Shown: one piece after another, positions 18,804 through 29,027 of the stretch
Position numbering within the stretch: position 1 is the first letter of the stretch
Layout of the letters: each line of letters starts with the position of its first letter
NCBI GenBank assembly: GCA_012522955.1
Contig: JAAYJK010000026.1
Span: 1,637-65,636, forward strand
Direction: 5' to 3'
Length of the DNA stretch: 64,000 bases
Source: Syntrophomonadaceae bacterium
GTDB lineage: Bacteria > Bacillota > Syntrophomonadia > Syntrophomonadales > Syntrophomonadaceae
Notes under the pieces: generated by a model
The model's input: the letters and a program-made list of their open reading frames with translations, nothing else
The model's database searches: none
What the model was told of the DNA's origin: nothing
Translations under genes and position numbers: made by a program

Positions 18804-19463
18804 TTATAGTAGTATAGCCTCGTTAATAATTAATTCGAATTCACAACCAAGAAAACCTGCTGCTCGGCGACACAATATCATGCGATGAAGAAATATCTCA
18901 AAATACTCCATAACTGGACAGATATTGGTATCTATCTTGAGTTCCATAGTTATTAACCTTTTTTCGGCATCTATATCCATAATAGAGTATTCTACCGCAA
19001 AATTAACCCGATCGTGAATATCAAATTTATCCAGCCCGGTATTTCTAACCCGGTTGCGATGCACATGGGATTTATCGGCCAGAATTAAGGCGGCCGCTAC
19101 TTCACTTACCGGATGCCCACTGCCTTCATCATGATTACCAATAGCCGCGCAAATAATGGCATTTTCATCCACATCCATCCCCATCCTTTTGAGTATACCC
19201 ATGGCAATAATAGAGCCACTTTGGCTGTGACCCTGGCGATTAATCACATTTCCTATATCATGCATATATCCTGCTATCCCTGCCAGTTCAGCGGTACGTT
19301 TCTCATAGCCTAGCTTTAATAAGATTTCCCGACTCAACATGCTTACCAACAATACATGCAGATAACCATGGTCAGTATACCCCATGGAACCCAGATGCTC
19401 ATTGCCCACTTCAATGAATGCATTAATGACAGGATTCTGCTTGATTTCCTTAAGGCTTACCAT
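18804..19463 (-). CDS. HD domain-containing protein
   Basis: 219 aa with 'HGYLH' and 'YMHDIGN', which are metal-dependent phosphohydrolase motifs. Confidence 0.8.
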   Translation of the reverse strand: MVSLKEIKQNPVINAFIEVGNEHLGSMGYTDHGYLHVLLVSMLSREILLKLGYEKRTAELAGIAGYMHDIGNVINRQGHSQSGSIIAMGILKRMGMDVDENAIICAAIGNHDEGSGHPVSEVAAALILADKSHVHRNRVRNTGLDKFDIHDRVNFAVEYSIMDIDAEKRLITMELKIDTNICPVMEYFEIFLHRMILCRRAAGFLGCEFELIINEAILL

Positions 19464-19736
19464 CTATTTGGGTTCCTCGCCTTCCTTGTAGGCAATGGCT
19501 TTTTTCAGCACTTCAATCTGCACGGTTTCATTTACTTTTAATGAGACCGCATCGTCTTTTATACGTGTTATTTCTCCCTTAATACCACCTATGGTGATTA
19601 CCTTGTCACCTCTTTGCAGTGCTTCCAGGAGGCTATTATGCTGTTTTTCCTGCTTTTTACGCGGCATAATAATCAGGAAGTAGAAAATCCCTATAAATAC
19701 CGCGAAATAAGCTATCAATGACAACCACTCATTCAT
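19464..19736 (-). CDS. yajC: preprotein translocase subunit YajC
   Basis: 90 aa with a single TM helix and 'GDKVITIGGIKGEI'. Confidence 0.9.
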   Translation of the reverse strand: MNEWLSLIAYFAVFIGIFYFLIIMPRKKQEKQHNSLLEALQRGDKVITIGGIKGEITRIKDDAVSLKVNETVQIEVLKKAIAYKEGEEPK

Positions 19737-19806
19737 ACCTAAACACCAACTCCTTAAAAATGATTAACTTTTAGTGTATTCGCCTAATCTATGCAATTCC
19801 CTCTAA

Positions 19807-20946
<1,140 letters not shown>

Positions 20947-21011
20947 TTAGGGTGGCGCTCTTTATTTGACTGCCGCAGTATAGACCTTAGCTCGATTAAA
21001 GCAGTTCCAAA

Positions 21012-22067
21012 TCATTTTATCAGCATGGCATCTCCATAACTGAAGAACCGATACTTGGCATTTACCGCATGCCGGTAGGCGGATAGTACATGTTCCAAGC
21101 CTCCAAAAGCAGCTACCAACATAATTAATGAAGAACCAGGCAAATGAAAATTAGTGATCATTCCGTCTACGCTTTTTATCTCATAGCCGGGATAGATGAA
21201 TTTCTCAGTATAGCCCTGAGCTCCTCGATAAACATAAGCTTCATTATATACTGTTTCCAGGGTTCTTACCACTGTAGTTCCTACCGCAATTATCTTCCCG
21301 CCTTTAGCTCTGGTAGCATTGAGGAGCTGGGCGCAGGATTCATCTATCTCATAGTATTCGCTATGCATGGGGTGTTCTCGGATATCGGTACAGCTGACCG
21401 GACGAAAAGTACCCAGTCCTACATGGAGGATAATACTGGCAATATTAACTCCCCGCTCCCGGATAGTTAGCAGCAAATCCGAAGAAAAATGCAGTCCGGC
21501 AGTAGGAGCAGCGGCCGAGCCCCGGTGCCTAGCATACACGGTCTGATAGCGTTGTACATCCAGTTTTTCATCTTCTCGATTGATATAGGGGGGTAATGGC
21601 ACATGGCCTATTCTCTCCAAAAAGGAATCCTCATCCCGACAGTTTTGAAAGTTTAGCAGTCGGCCTCCAGCCAGGGGCAATTCACCCAGTATTTCCACTT
21701 CCACTTCACTGTCATCAAACATTACCTTATCCCCTGCTTTCAGCCGGCGAGCTGGCTTAACCAAAGCCTCCCAATTATCCCCAACCTTCTTCAAAAGCAG
21801 CAGTTCCACCTGGGCTCCAGTACTTTTATACCCTTTTAAACGAGCCGGTATAACTCGGGTATCATTAAGAACCATGGTGTCACCGGGCTGTAAATACTCG
21901 ACTATATCTCGAAACCTTCGATCTTCCCTGTATCCATTTTCTCTGTCCAGTACCAGTAGCCGGGAGGCATCCCGGGGTTGGACCGGATACTGGGCAATCA
22001 ATTCCTCTGGCAAGTGAAAATGATAGTTCTGAAGCTTATAGCAGTCCCTATCCTGATCTCTGGTCAT
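21012..22067 (-). CDS. queA: S-adenosylmethionine:tRNA ribosyltransferase-isomerase
   Basis: 351 aa with 'YHFHLPEELIAQYP' and 'PTAGLHF'. Confidence 0.93.
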   Translation of the reverse strand: MTRDQDRDCYKLQNYHFHLPEELIAQYPVQPRDASRLLVLDRENGYREDRRFRDIVEYLQPGDTMVLNDTRVIPARLKGYKSTGAQVELLLLKKVGDNWEALVKPARRLKAGDKVMFDDSEVEVEILGELPLAGGRLLNFQNCRDEDSFLERIGHVPLPPYINREDEKLDVQRYQTVYARHRGSAAAPTAGLHFSSDLLLTIRERGVNIASIILHVGLGTFRPVSCTDIREHPMHSEYYEIDESCAQLLNATRAKGGKIIAVGTTVVRTLETVYNEAYVYRGAQGYTEKFIYPGYEIKSVDGMITNFHLPGSSLIMLVAAFGGLEHVLSAYRHAVNAKYRFFSYGDAMLIK

Positions 22068-22070
22068 AAA

Positions 22071-22295
22071 CTATCTCCTAAATAAATTTAATATTACGGT
22101 AATAATCAAGCTCAAAATAATACAGCTTACAATGGGAAAATAAAAGGTGAAATTTTCCTTTTTAACGTATATATCTCCTGGAACTTTGAAAGTACCCCCA
22201 CCCCATCTGGAAAAAGCATAGGTCATTAGACCTACTGCTAGGATAATGAACCCTCCCCATATGAGCAAACGAGCCATGGCTTCCAAACTATTCAT
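22071..22295 (-). CDS. DUF2905 small membrane protein
   Basis: 74 aa with two TM helices and 'GDIYVKKENFTFYFPI'. Commonly linked to queA/ruvB. Confidence 0.75.
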   Translation of the reverse strand: MNSLEAMARLLIWGGFIILAVGLMTYAFSRWGGGTFKVPGDIYVKKENFTFYFPIVSCIILSLIITVILNLFRR

Positions 22296-22320
22296 TGTTA
22301 ACCTCCATTTACTTATATGG

Positions 22321-22404
22321 TTGACACGAAAATGCTTTATCCCTATTTACCAAGTGTTTCTCATCATCAAACAATTGTATGGGCGGTCTTTGACCGCCAT
22401 TTTT
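22321..22404 (+). ncRNA. candidate small RNA, about 50 nt (promoter plus a plus-oriented intrinsic terminator)
   Basis: TTGACA (22321-22326), a 17-nt spacer, TATTTA (22344-22349), then the hairpin GGCGGTC-TTT-GACCGCC (22382-22398) followed by ATTTTT. There is no A-run on the other flank, so the terminator is oriented to the plus strand. No plus-strand gene lies upstream. Confidence 0.3.
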
Positions 22405-22452
22405 CAGGAACGACTAAAATTTTCATACTCACTTGTGTTCCCTGATCATGGC

Positions 22453-23013
22453 CTAAGGTTTGAATACCTCTTTAATGAGATCCCGAGGCGCATAGCGCTC
22501 CATTTCACTATATAGGCAGCCACAATACTGCTGACGATAAAGTCCCATTTCTCTAGACCATTCCCCGGTTTTCTTAAATCCTTCCCTAAAATCGCGGTAG
22601 AGAAAAGGCACCCCGTACTTGTACCCCATTGCTTCTCCCACTTCTCGAATCCAGTTGTGCTTCTGATGTTTGCTTACCAGCAAAGTAGTCGTAAAATAAT
22701 CAAATTTGCCTCTTTTGGCAATATGGGCGGCCTGTTCCAAACGAATCTGATAACAGAAGAAACAACGACGGCTTTCCCGAAAAGCTATATTCTGAAAATA
22801 CTGGATGGGATTGTAGCTATCATCATATATGATCTTTAAGTCTGATATCTGGGCATACTGCTCCAATCCGGCCTTTCTTTTCATATATTCCGTATAAGGA
22901 TGAATATTGGGATTATAATAATATCCCATAACTTCAAAGCCTTCCTCTCTAAGGCTAGGCACGGGATAAGTTGCGCAGGGTCCGCAGCATATATGCAGTA
23001 AAACCCGGTCCAT
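22453..23013 (-). CDS. queH: epoxyqueuosine reductase QueH (DUF208)
   Basis: 186 aa with 'LLHICCGPCA' and 'QQYCGCLYS' cysteine motifs. Confidence 0.85.
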   Translation of the reverse strand: MDRVLLHICCGPCATYPVPSLREEGFEVMGYYYNPNIHPYTEYMKRKAGLEQYAQISDLKIIYDDSYNPIQYFQNIAFRESRRCFFCYQIRLEQAAHIAKRGKFDYFTTTLLVSKHQKHNWIREVGEAMGYKYGVPFLYRDFREGFKKTGEWSREMGLYRQQYCGCLYSEMERYAPRDLIKEVFKP

Positions 23014-23182
23014 ATTAAAGCTCCTTCCAAGTCCTTTCCATTATCCTCCCCTTGGGAAACCAGGATCGCTCCCGAATCAAAACTACAGCTGAATTGATCC
23101 CAGATCCCGGGCTGGCCTGAAATTTATTCACCTGTTATTAAGGTCTTCTAGGCAGGCATTCTGCTATTAACTAAGTCTGCTC

Positions 23183-24226
23183 CTATTCAAATAGCCCTGG
23201 AGCCTTAAGCCTGCTCCCGGGAACTTTGTAGCCCAGATGCCGATAGGCATGTTCGGTGGCTATACGGCCTCGGGGAGTTTTTTGAATAAAACCCAATTTT
23301 AGAAGATAGGGTTCGTAGACATCGGTAATAGTATCATTTTCCTCGGAAACAGCTGCCGCCAATGTTTCCAGACCTACCGGCCCTCCTCCAAATTTGGCTA
23401 TTATGGCCTGCAGTATCATTCGGTCAACATTATCCAGACCATATTGGTCGATTTCCAGTTTTCCTAAAGCCAGGCTGGCTATATCACAGCTAATGCTGCC
23501 ATCTCCCTTAACCAGGGCATAATCGCTAACCCTTCTTAATAAACGGTTGGCTACTCGGGGGGTTCCCCTGGACCTGCGAGCAATCTCCTGAGCACCAGTC
23601 TTTTCCACCTTTAGCCCCAGTATACTGGCAGATCTTATTATTATCTGGGTTAGATCTTCTTCTTCATAGAAATCCAAGCGCTGATTGATTCCAAACCGGT
23701 CTCGCAAAGGTGAACTGAGCAATCCCGGGCGGGTAGTAGCCCCGATTAGAGTAAAGGGGGGAAGATCAAGACACAGGGTTCGAGCGGCCGGTCCTTTACC
23801 TATGATTATATCTATAGTGAAGTCTTCCATGGCTGGATACATTATCTCTTCCACACTGCGATTCAATCGGTGTATCTCATCGATAAACAACACTTCACCG
23901 GCTTCCAAATTGCTTAATATGGCAGCCAGATCACCGGGTCTTTCGATTGCGGGTCCCGATGTCTTTCTAATAGTTTTACCCATCTCATTGGCAATTATGG
24001 TAGCTAGCGTTGTTTTTCCCAATCCCGGCGGTCCGCTGAGCAGGACATGATCCATACTGCTACCTCTTTCCCGGGATGCTGAGATAAAAATGCCCAGGTT
24101 CTCTTTCACCCGTTGCTGGCCTATATAATCGTCCAGCCGTTGAGGCCGTACTGACACTTCAGCTTCATCCCCGGCTACTAGCTGGGCTGACATTAGTCGT
24201 TCATCCTGCACCTTAAATTCCCCCAT
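23183..24226 (-). CDS. ruvB: Holliday junction branch migration helicase RuvB
   Basis: 347 aa with Walker A 'GPPGLGKTT' and 'LFIDEIHRL'. Confidence 0.95.
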   Translation of the reverse strand: MGEFKVQDERLMSAQLVAGDEAEVSVRPQRLDDYIGQQRVKENLGIFISASRERGSSMDHVLLSGPPGLGKTTLATIIANEMGKTIRKTSGPAIERPGDLAAILSNLEAGEVLFIDEIHRLNRSVEEIMYPAMEDFTIDIIIGKGPAARTLCLDLPPFTLIGATTRPGLLSSPLRDRFGINQRLDFYEEEDLTQIIIRSASILGLKVEKTGAQEIARRSRGTPRVANRLLRRVSDYALVKGDGSISCDIASLALGKLEIDQYGLDNVDRMILQAIIAKFGGGPVGLETLAAAVSEENDTITDVYEPYLLKLGFIQKTPRGRIATEHAYRHLGYKVPGSRLKAPGLFE

Positions 24227-24229
24227 CCC

Positions 24230-24826
24230 TTATTTCATCTGCCGGGCTTTATATTTCAGCACCTTTTTCAGGTTTTCCTCTACCCGATCTGATAGCTCGC
24301 CACATTGCTTCAAGTCTATTATCAGAGAATAGACCTCACTGCGGCTATAACCTAAACTTTCTAGGGCCTGCAGTACTTCATCGACCATGGCTCCTCCCTG
24401 GACTCCGGCTGGATTTAAACTGAACTCCGGTATCTTTTGCTGCAATTCAAAAATCAAACGACCCGCACTCTTTTTCCCTATCCCAGGAATTTTGATCAGA
24501 CTTTTTTCGTCGGCGCTGGCTATAGCCTGATAAAAACCAAGGGGATCCATAGCAGCCAGTACGTTCATCGCCCCTTTAGCTCCCATACCTGACACTCCTA
24601 ACAAGGTCTTGAATAACTTCAATTCTTCTTTTTCCAGAAACCCATAAAGTTTAAAGTCATTATCCAAGACCTGCAGGTGGGTATGAAGAAATATACTCTC
24701 TCCCATCGGGGGCAGAGCAGCCAGGGCTCTTTGGTGGAGAATGACCTCCAAGCCCAAGCCATTAAGATCTATAATAATGGATTCCTGGCCAATTTCATAT
24801 AAGAATCCTCTTAAACAGGATATCAC
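24230..24826 (-). CDS. ruvA: Holliday junction DNA helicase RuvA
   Basis: I trimmed the start to the GTG at 24826 (MISCLRGFLYEIG...), which is 7 nt after GGTGGA and matches the usual RuvA N-terminus. HhH motifs 'GIGKKSAGRLI'. Confidence 0.9.
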   Translation of the reverse strand: MISCLRGFLYEIGQESIIIDLNGLGLEVILHQRALAALPPMGESIFLHTHLQVLDNDFKLYGFLEKEELKLFKTLLGVSGMGAKGAMNVLAAMDPLGFYQAIASADEKSLIKIPGIGKKSAGRLIFELQQKIPEFSLNPAGVQGGAMVDEVLQALESLGYSRSEVYSLIIDLKQCGELSDRVEENLKKVLKYKARQMK

Positions 24827-24892
24827 TATAACATCCACCCTTCCTGGAAGAATAATAGAAAACAATAGGCTTCTAAAGATTATAGAGTAAAA

Positions 24893-25384
24893 TTAGGATT
24901 TGAAAGTCCTTCGTAAACGATAGGAATGAATATGACAGATAGCGACTGCCAGAGCATCGGCAGCATCATCAGGGCGAGGTATTTCCGGTATGGTCAGGAT
25001 TTTTTGTACCATAATCTGTACCTGTTTCTTATCTGCTTTCCCGTAACCTACCACCGACTGTTTTATCTGCAGCGGGGTATATTCACCAATGGCTATACCC
25101 TCTCGGGCAGCTGCCAACATAGCCACTCCCCGGGCCTGAGCCACGGTGATAACCGTTTTGGCGTTTTTATGGAAAAATATTTGTTCAATAGCCACAGCAT
25201 CCGGTTTAAAAACCTGAATTAATTTACTCAAGTTCTGGCTGATAAGCAGCAACCTATGGGCCATTTCCATATCTGCTGGCGTAGTAATGGTTCCATACTC
25301 AATCAGCTTTTCTCTCCCTGCCTGGTAAGCCACTACTCCATAACCGGTAGTAGCAGTCCCCGGGTCTATACCCAACACTATCAT
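24893..25384 (-). CDS. ruvC: crossover junction endodeoxyribonuclease RuvC
   Basis: 163 aa with 'VLGIDPGTATTGYGV' and a C-terminal 'DAADALAVAICH'. Confidence 0.93.
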   Translation of the reverse strand: MIVLGIDPGTATTGYGVVAYQAGREKLIEYGTITTPADMEMAHRLLLISQNLSKLIQVFKPDAVAIEQIFFHKNAKTVITVAQARGVAMLAAAREGIAIGEYTPLQIKQSVVGYGKADKKQVQIMVQKILTIPEIPRPDDAADALAVAICHIHSYRLRRTFKS

Positions 25385-25460
25385 AAATTCTCCGCCTTCT
25401 CATAAAATACCGTACTATATGCTTTTTACTTATTATCTTACTCGTCCAACCTTATCTAAC

Positions 25461-25488
25461 ATTATACCAAACATACGTTCAAGTACAA
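25461..25488 (-). promoter_or_regulatory. sigma-A promoter of ruvC with an embedded LexA(Cheo)-like box
   Basis: Minus strand reads TTGTAC, a 16-nt spacer, then an extended -10 TGgTATAAT. The spacer contains GAACGTATGTTT (complement of 25469-25480), compared with the Gram-positive SOS box GAAC-N4-GTTC (1 mismatch). Confidence 0.45.
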
Positions 25489-25565
25489 TTGGTGCCGGGT
25501 ATTAAGTCATTAAGCAATTCCATAAAAAGTACTCACTTTAACTTAATAATAGCCGACACCAAAGT

Positions 25566-26132
25566 TTAGTATTCATCCAGGTTTTCCAGGGCATCATTGA
25601 GAGCCTCTTCACTATCAAATTCATAGCGGCCCTTTTTAATATCTTCTGCTATGGTCACAGGAAGCGATTCAATTTCTATATTGGTTACCCTGAGCAGTAT
25701 GTCGTTCTGAGCATCAGGTCCTTGATATACCGCCAGTCGACCCTGGTATTCTTTAAGTCGACACTTTTCTTTATCTTCCGGACACCAGTCTTCGATCCTC
25801 TGGTGAATAGTCAGGGTATTGCCCTCCATGGCCAAAGTATAACCATTATCTATGGTTAATAGCTGACTAATCTCTTCCAGACTTTTCCCTAGAAGCCGGT
25901 TCCGGTCAGGAAAATCAGATACCAGCAGGTGCTTGCAGCGCAAATACTCCTGCTCCAGTTTTATCGTGCTTTGTTCATCTATTACTCTTTTTTCCGTTTC
26001 CATTCCAATAAGAGCTTTATCGCCACCCGGAACCGGCTTGTTTACAGGTTCGATACTGGCCGCCATATATCCCAGGCCGAAACTTATCAATAGAGCACCC
26101 AGGACCATGATAACCAAGCCATGTTTCTTCAT
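25566..26132 (-). CDS. bofC: BofC-like (bypass-of-forespore C) protein
   Basis: Signal/TM helix, then a BofC C-terminal-like domain ('YQGRLAVYQG...'). I set the start at the ATG 26132 (MKKHGL), preceded by AGAGGTGA. Synteny next to ruv genes matches Bacillus. Confidence 0.65.
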   Translation of the reverse strand: MKKHGLVIMVLGALLISFGLGYMAASIEPVNKPVPGGDKALIGMETEKRVIDEQSTIKLEQEYLRCKHLLVSDFPDRNRLLGKSLEEISQLLTIDNGYTLAMEGNTLTIHQRIEDWCPEDKEKCRLKEYQGRLAVYQGPDAQNDILLRVTNIEIESLPVTIAEDIKKGRYEFDSEEALNDALENLDEY

Positions 26133-26150
26133 AATATCACCTCTTGCCGG

Positions 26151-26179
26151 TATTATTGCCATATTATCTCAATATATAC
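26151..26179 (-). promoter_or_regulatory. possible forespore (sigma-F/G-type) promoter of bofC
   Basis: Minus strand reads GTATA, a 16-nt spacer, then CAATAATA. This resembles GHATR-N17/18-CATnnTA only loosely. Confidence 0.25.
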
Positions 26180-26188
26180 CCGAAGCAA

Positions 26189-26250
26189 GAAGGAAGGGGA
26201 CGTCAGAATGTGTGAATAATTATTCACACATTCTGACGTCCCCTTCCTTC
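26189..26250. repeat. 62-nt perfect palindrome (31-bp arms)
   Basis: GAAGGAAGGGGACGTCAGAATGTGTGAATAA|TTATTCACACATTCTGACGTCCCCTTCCTTC with no mismatch. There is no flanking U-tract on either strand. Confidence 0.9.
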
Positions 26251-26253
26251 AAC

Positions 26254-26280
26254 AAAAAAGCCGGCCTCAATCCGGCCGGC
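26254..26280 (-). terminator. rho-independent terminator of spoIVA
   Basis: Minus-strand GCCGGCC-GGATTGA-GGCCGGC (7 GC pairs) followed by TTTTTT, 22 nt after the spoIVA stop. Confidence 0.85.
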
Positions 26281-26301
26281 CTTATTGTAGTGAATATTGG
26301 T

Positions 26302-27780
26302 CTATATAATGATACAGATCAGTCCACCACTTCCATCGTTTACAATTCTCTGCAGGGTATCCTGTAGTTTCAATTGAGCATTTTCCGGCATACGGTGCAG
26401 TTTATTCTGAATACCTTCCCGAACCAAATCGTGCAGAGATTTGCCAAATATGTTGGAATCCCAAATCTTGGTGGGGTCTTCTTCGAACTCATCCAGCATA
26501 TAGCGCACCAGTTCCTCACATTGCTTTTCAGTTCCTATTATAGGCGTAATCTCGGTAGTAATATCAGCCCTGATTATGTGGAGGGAGGGGGCTTTGGCTT
26601 TTAGTCTAACTCCAAAACGGCTTCCCTGTCTGATTAGTTCCGGCTCCTCCAGGAACATCTCCTCCAGGCGTGGAGTAACCACCCCATAGCCTGAGTCTTT
26701 GACTTCAGCCAGGGCCGACGATACCTTGTCAAACTCCTTCTTGGCAAAGCTTAGATCCTTCATGATACGCATAATATCCTGGGTACCTGCTACGTCAAAA
26801 CCGCTGACTTCACTGAGTGAGCGATAGAACAATTCTTCTGGAACCGTAATATCGATAGCTGCGGTTCCGGTTCCCAGATTCATTTCTTCCATTAGCACAT
26901 AACTTATGTTCTCAACATCGGAGAGTTTCTGCAAGGCTACCTCTATATCCCTTACTTTACGTACACCATTAAGTATTTCATGTATAGCCGATTCCAGCTC
27001 TTCTCTCAACCAGAACTCTTCATCCAGCTCTTCCACCCAACCTGGCAGCTTAATATTTACTTCCTGTACTGGAAACTCGTAAAGAGCTTCTTCCAGCAGG
27101 GCATAACTCTGTTCCAGAGTCATCTTGGCTACATCCAGGGGAAGAACCCGCACCCCGTACTTCTCACTGAGTTCCTCGGCCAGAGCTATAGTATCAGCAT
27201 CATAGGGTTTGGTTGAATTCAATATTACTATAAAGGGCTTATCCAGATCTTTTAATTCCTGAATCACTCTTTCCTCGGCATCTATATATTTGCTCCTGGA
27301 AAGATCGCTGATGCTTCCATCAGTAGTAACCACGATCCCTATAGTAGAATGGTCGGTAATTACCTTCCTGGTTCCTATTTCGGCCGCTTCTTCGAAGGGA
27401 ACCTCATAGTCAAACCAGGGAGTTTTTACCATGCGAGGCTCTTGATCTTCTTCGTAACCCAGCGCTCCTTCAACAGTATAACCCACACAATCCACCAGCC
27501 GGGCTTTTAACGATAGTCCGGTTTGGGTTGTGATCTCGGCTGCTTCGTTGGGCACAAATTTTGGTTCCGTAGTAGTTATGGTTTTCCCAGCTCCACTAAC
27601 CGGCAGTTCATCCACTGCCCTTTCTCTTTCATATCTATCGCTAATGCCGGGAATAATCATGAGTTCCATAAATCTGGTCACAAATGTTGATTTACCCGTT
27701 CTTACGGGGCCTACTACGCCCAGATAGATATCGCCTCCAGTTCTTTCAGCAATATCATTCAGTACACTGTTTTTATCCAC
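26302..27780 (-). CDS. spoIVA: stage IV sporulation protein A
   Basis: 492 aa with the N-terminal 'IYLGVVGPVRTGKSTF' Walker A. Full-length SpoIVA-like, with a GTG start. Confidence 0.95.
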   Translation of the reverse strand: MDKNSVLNDIAERTGGDIYLGVVGPVRTGKSTFVTRFMELMIIPGISDRYERERAVDELPVSGAGKTITTTEPKFVPNEAAEITTQTGLSLKARLVDCVGYTVEGALGYEEDQEPRMVKTPWFDYEVPFEEAAEIGTRKVITDHSTIGIVVTTDGSISDLSRSKYIDAEERVIQELKDLDKPFIVILNSTKPYDADTIALAEELSEKYGVRVLPLDVAKMTLEQSYALLEEALYEFPVQEVNIKLPGWVEELDEEFWLREELESAIHEILNGVRKVRDIEVALQKLSDVENISYVLMEEMNLGTGTAAIDITVPEELFYRSLSEVSGFDVAGTQDIMRIMKDLSFAKKEFDKVSSALAEVKDSGYGVVTPRLEEMFLEEPELIRQGSRFGVRLKAKAPSLHIIRADITTEITPIIGTEKQCEELVRYMLDEFEEDPTKIWDSNIFGKSLHDLVREGIQNKLHRMPENAQLKLQDTLQRIVNDGSGGLICIII

Positions 27781-27863
27781 TTAGCATTTTCCCTCCCTTG
27801 TTCCAGACTTAAAAGGCATCCTCCCTCCGAATCGAGATACCCCTTAATATCGATTACGCTATA

Positions 27864-27890
27864 ACAGTATAAATATATTTATCAATATTC
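27864..27890 (-). promoter_or_regulatory. possible sigma-E-type promoter of spoIVA
   Basis: Minus strand reads GAATATT, a 13-nt spacer, then ATACTGT. This loosely resembles the sigma-E elements -35 ATATT and -10 CATACA-T. Confidence 0.25.
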
Positions 27891-27915
27891 GGTAATATAA
27901 CCAGAAAAGAAAAAA

Positions 27916-27935
27916 AGTGTGGTCTCCACCACACT
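27916..27935 (-). terminator. terminator of gpsA (A/T-flanked, bidirectional shape)
   Basis: AGTGTGGT-CTCC-ACCACACT with a poly-A run 5' and a poly-T run 3', starting 4 nt after the gpsA stop. Confidence 0.8.
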
Positions 27936-27939
27936 TTTT

Positions 27940-28971
27940 TTACCAGTTTTCAGTATCATTTACAATTTCTTCAATCTCGTGTTTTTTACCTCTTTTCATC
28001 AGTTCCTCTACTGCTTGTATGGGCGGAATTTGATTATATAGTATATTATAGCAAGCCCTGGTTATTGGCATGTCCACTCGGTAATCTTCAGCCAGATGGA
28101 ACAAGACTCTGGCGGTATGGGCCCCTTCCACTACCATGCCAATAGAGTTCAGACAATCCTCTAAGCTGTAGCCCTGTCCAATAAGTTCTCCAGCTCTGCG
28201 ATTCCGGGAATGACGGCTGCAACAGGTTACCACCAGATCACCCATACCGCTTAATCCGTTAAAAGTGCGATGATGCCCCCCCATAGCCACTCCCATTCGG
28301 GTCATTTCCGCCAGCCCTCGGGTCATCAAAGCTGCAATGACATTATCTCCATATTCCAGGCCCTGTACAATACCGGTAGCCAAGGCGATGACATTTTTCA
28401 GGGCTCCGCCTAGTTCTACTCCGGGAACATCAGGATTGGTATAAACCCTGAAGACCCCCGACATATATATGTCTTGTATGGTACAAGCGATCTCTTTTCT
28501 GTAGGCAGCAACAGTGAGTACGGTAGGCATTTGCCGGGCCACCTCTTCAGCGTGACTGGGACCGGATAAAACTGCAAAATAATCTCGAATATCTGGACCA
28601 AAAACATCTTCGGCTACCTGGCTCAGACGCATCCCGCTCTTGATTTCCAGCCCCTTGGCGGTATTAACCAATAAGACTCCCGACCCTAGATGGGGTTTAA
28701 GCTCTACACATACCTCTCTAAGCACCTGGGATGGCACTGCCAGTATCACGGCTTGAGCTCCTTGAACTGCTTCGGCCAAATTCCGGCTCCAAATTATTTC
28801 CTTTGGTATTCTTACCCCCGGCAAATATCTGAGGTTTTCTCCGGTTTTTACTATAGTATCTATATCGTCGTCAGGCCCTGCCCACACTACCACCTGATGT
28901 CCATTCTGGTGCAACAGAATAGACTGGGCAGTACCCCAGCTCCCTGCTCCCAGTATGCAAAGTTTCTTCAT
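27940..28971 (-). CDS. gpsA: NAD(P)H-dependent glycerol-3-phosphate dehydrogenase
   Basis: 'ILGAGSWGTA' Rossmann motif. Start set to the ATG at 28971 (MKKLCILG), 5 nt after GGAGG. Confidence 0.93.
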   Translation of the reverse strand: MKKLCILGAGSWGTAQSILLHQNGHQVVVWAGPDDDIDTIVKTGENLRYLPGVRIPKEIIWSRNLAEAVQGAQAVILAVPSQVLREVCVELKPHLGSGVLLVNTAKGLEIKSGMRLSQVAEDVFGPDIRDYFAVLSGPSHAEEVARQMPTVLTVAAYRKEIACTIQDIYMSGVFRVYTNPDVPGVELGGALKNVIALATGIVQGLEYGDNVIAALMTRGLAEMTRMGVAMGGHHRTFNGLSGMGDLVVTCCSRHSRNRRAGELIGQGYSLEDCLNSIGMVVEGAHTARVLFHLAEDYRVDMPITRACYNILYNQIPPIQAVEELMKRGKKHEIEEIVNDTENW

Positions 28972-29027
28972 ATCAACCTCCGGTTTCTTAACCATTAGGG
29001 ATTAAAGCTGTTTCCTGCTAGAAATGA

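Noticed and set aside
23014-23182. Possible preQ1 riboswitch upstream of queH (GGGA...TCCC stem followed by an AAGG-containing tail).
   Set aside because: The loop and tail do not match the preQ1-I, -II or -III consensus. There is no A-rich tail and no conserved loop C context. queH is also not a typical preQ1-regulated gene.
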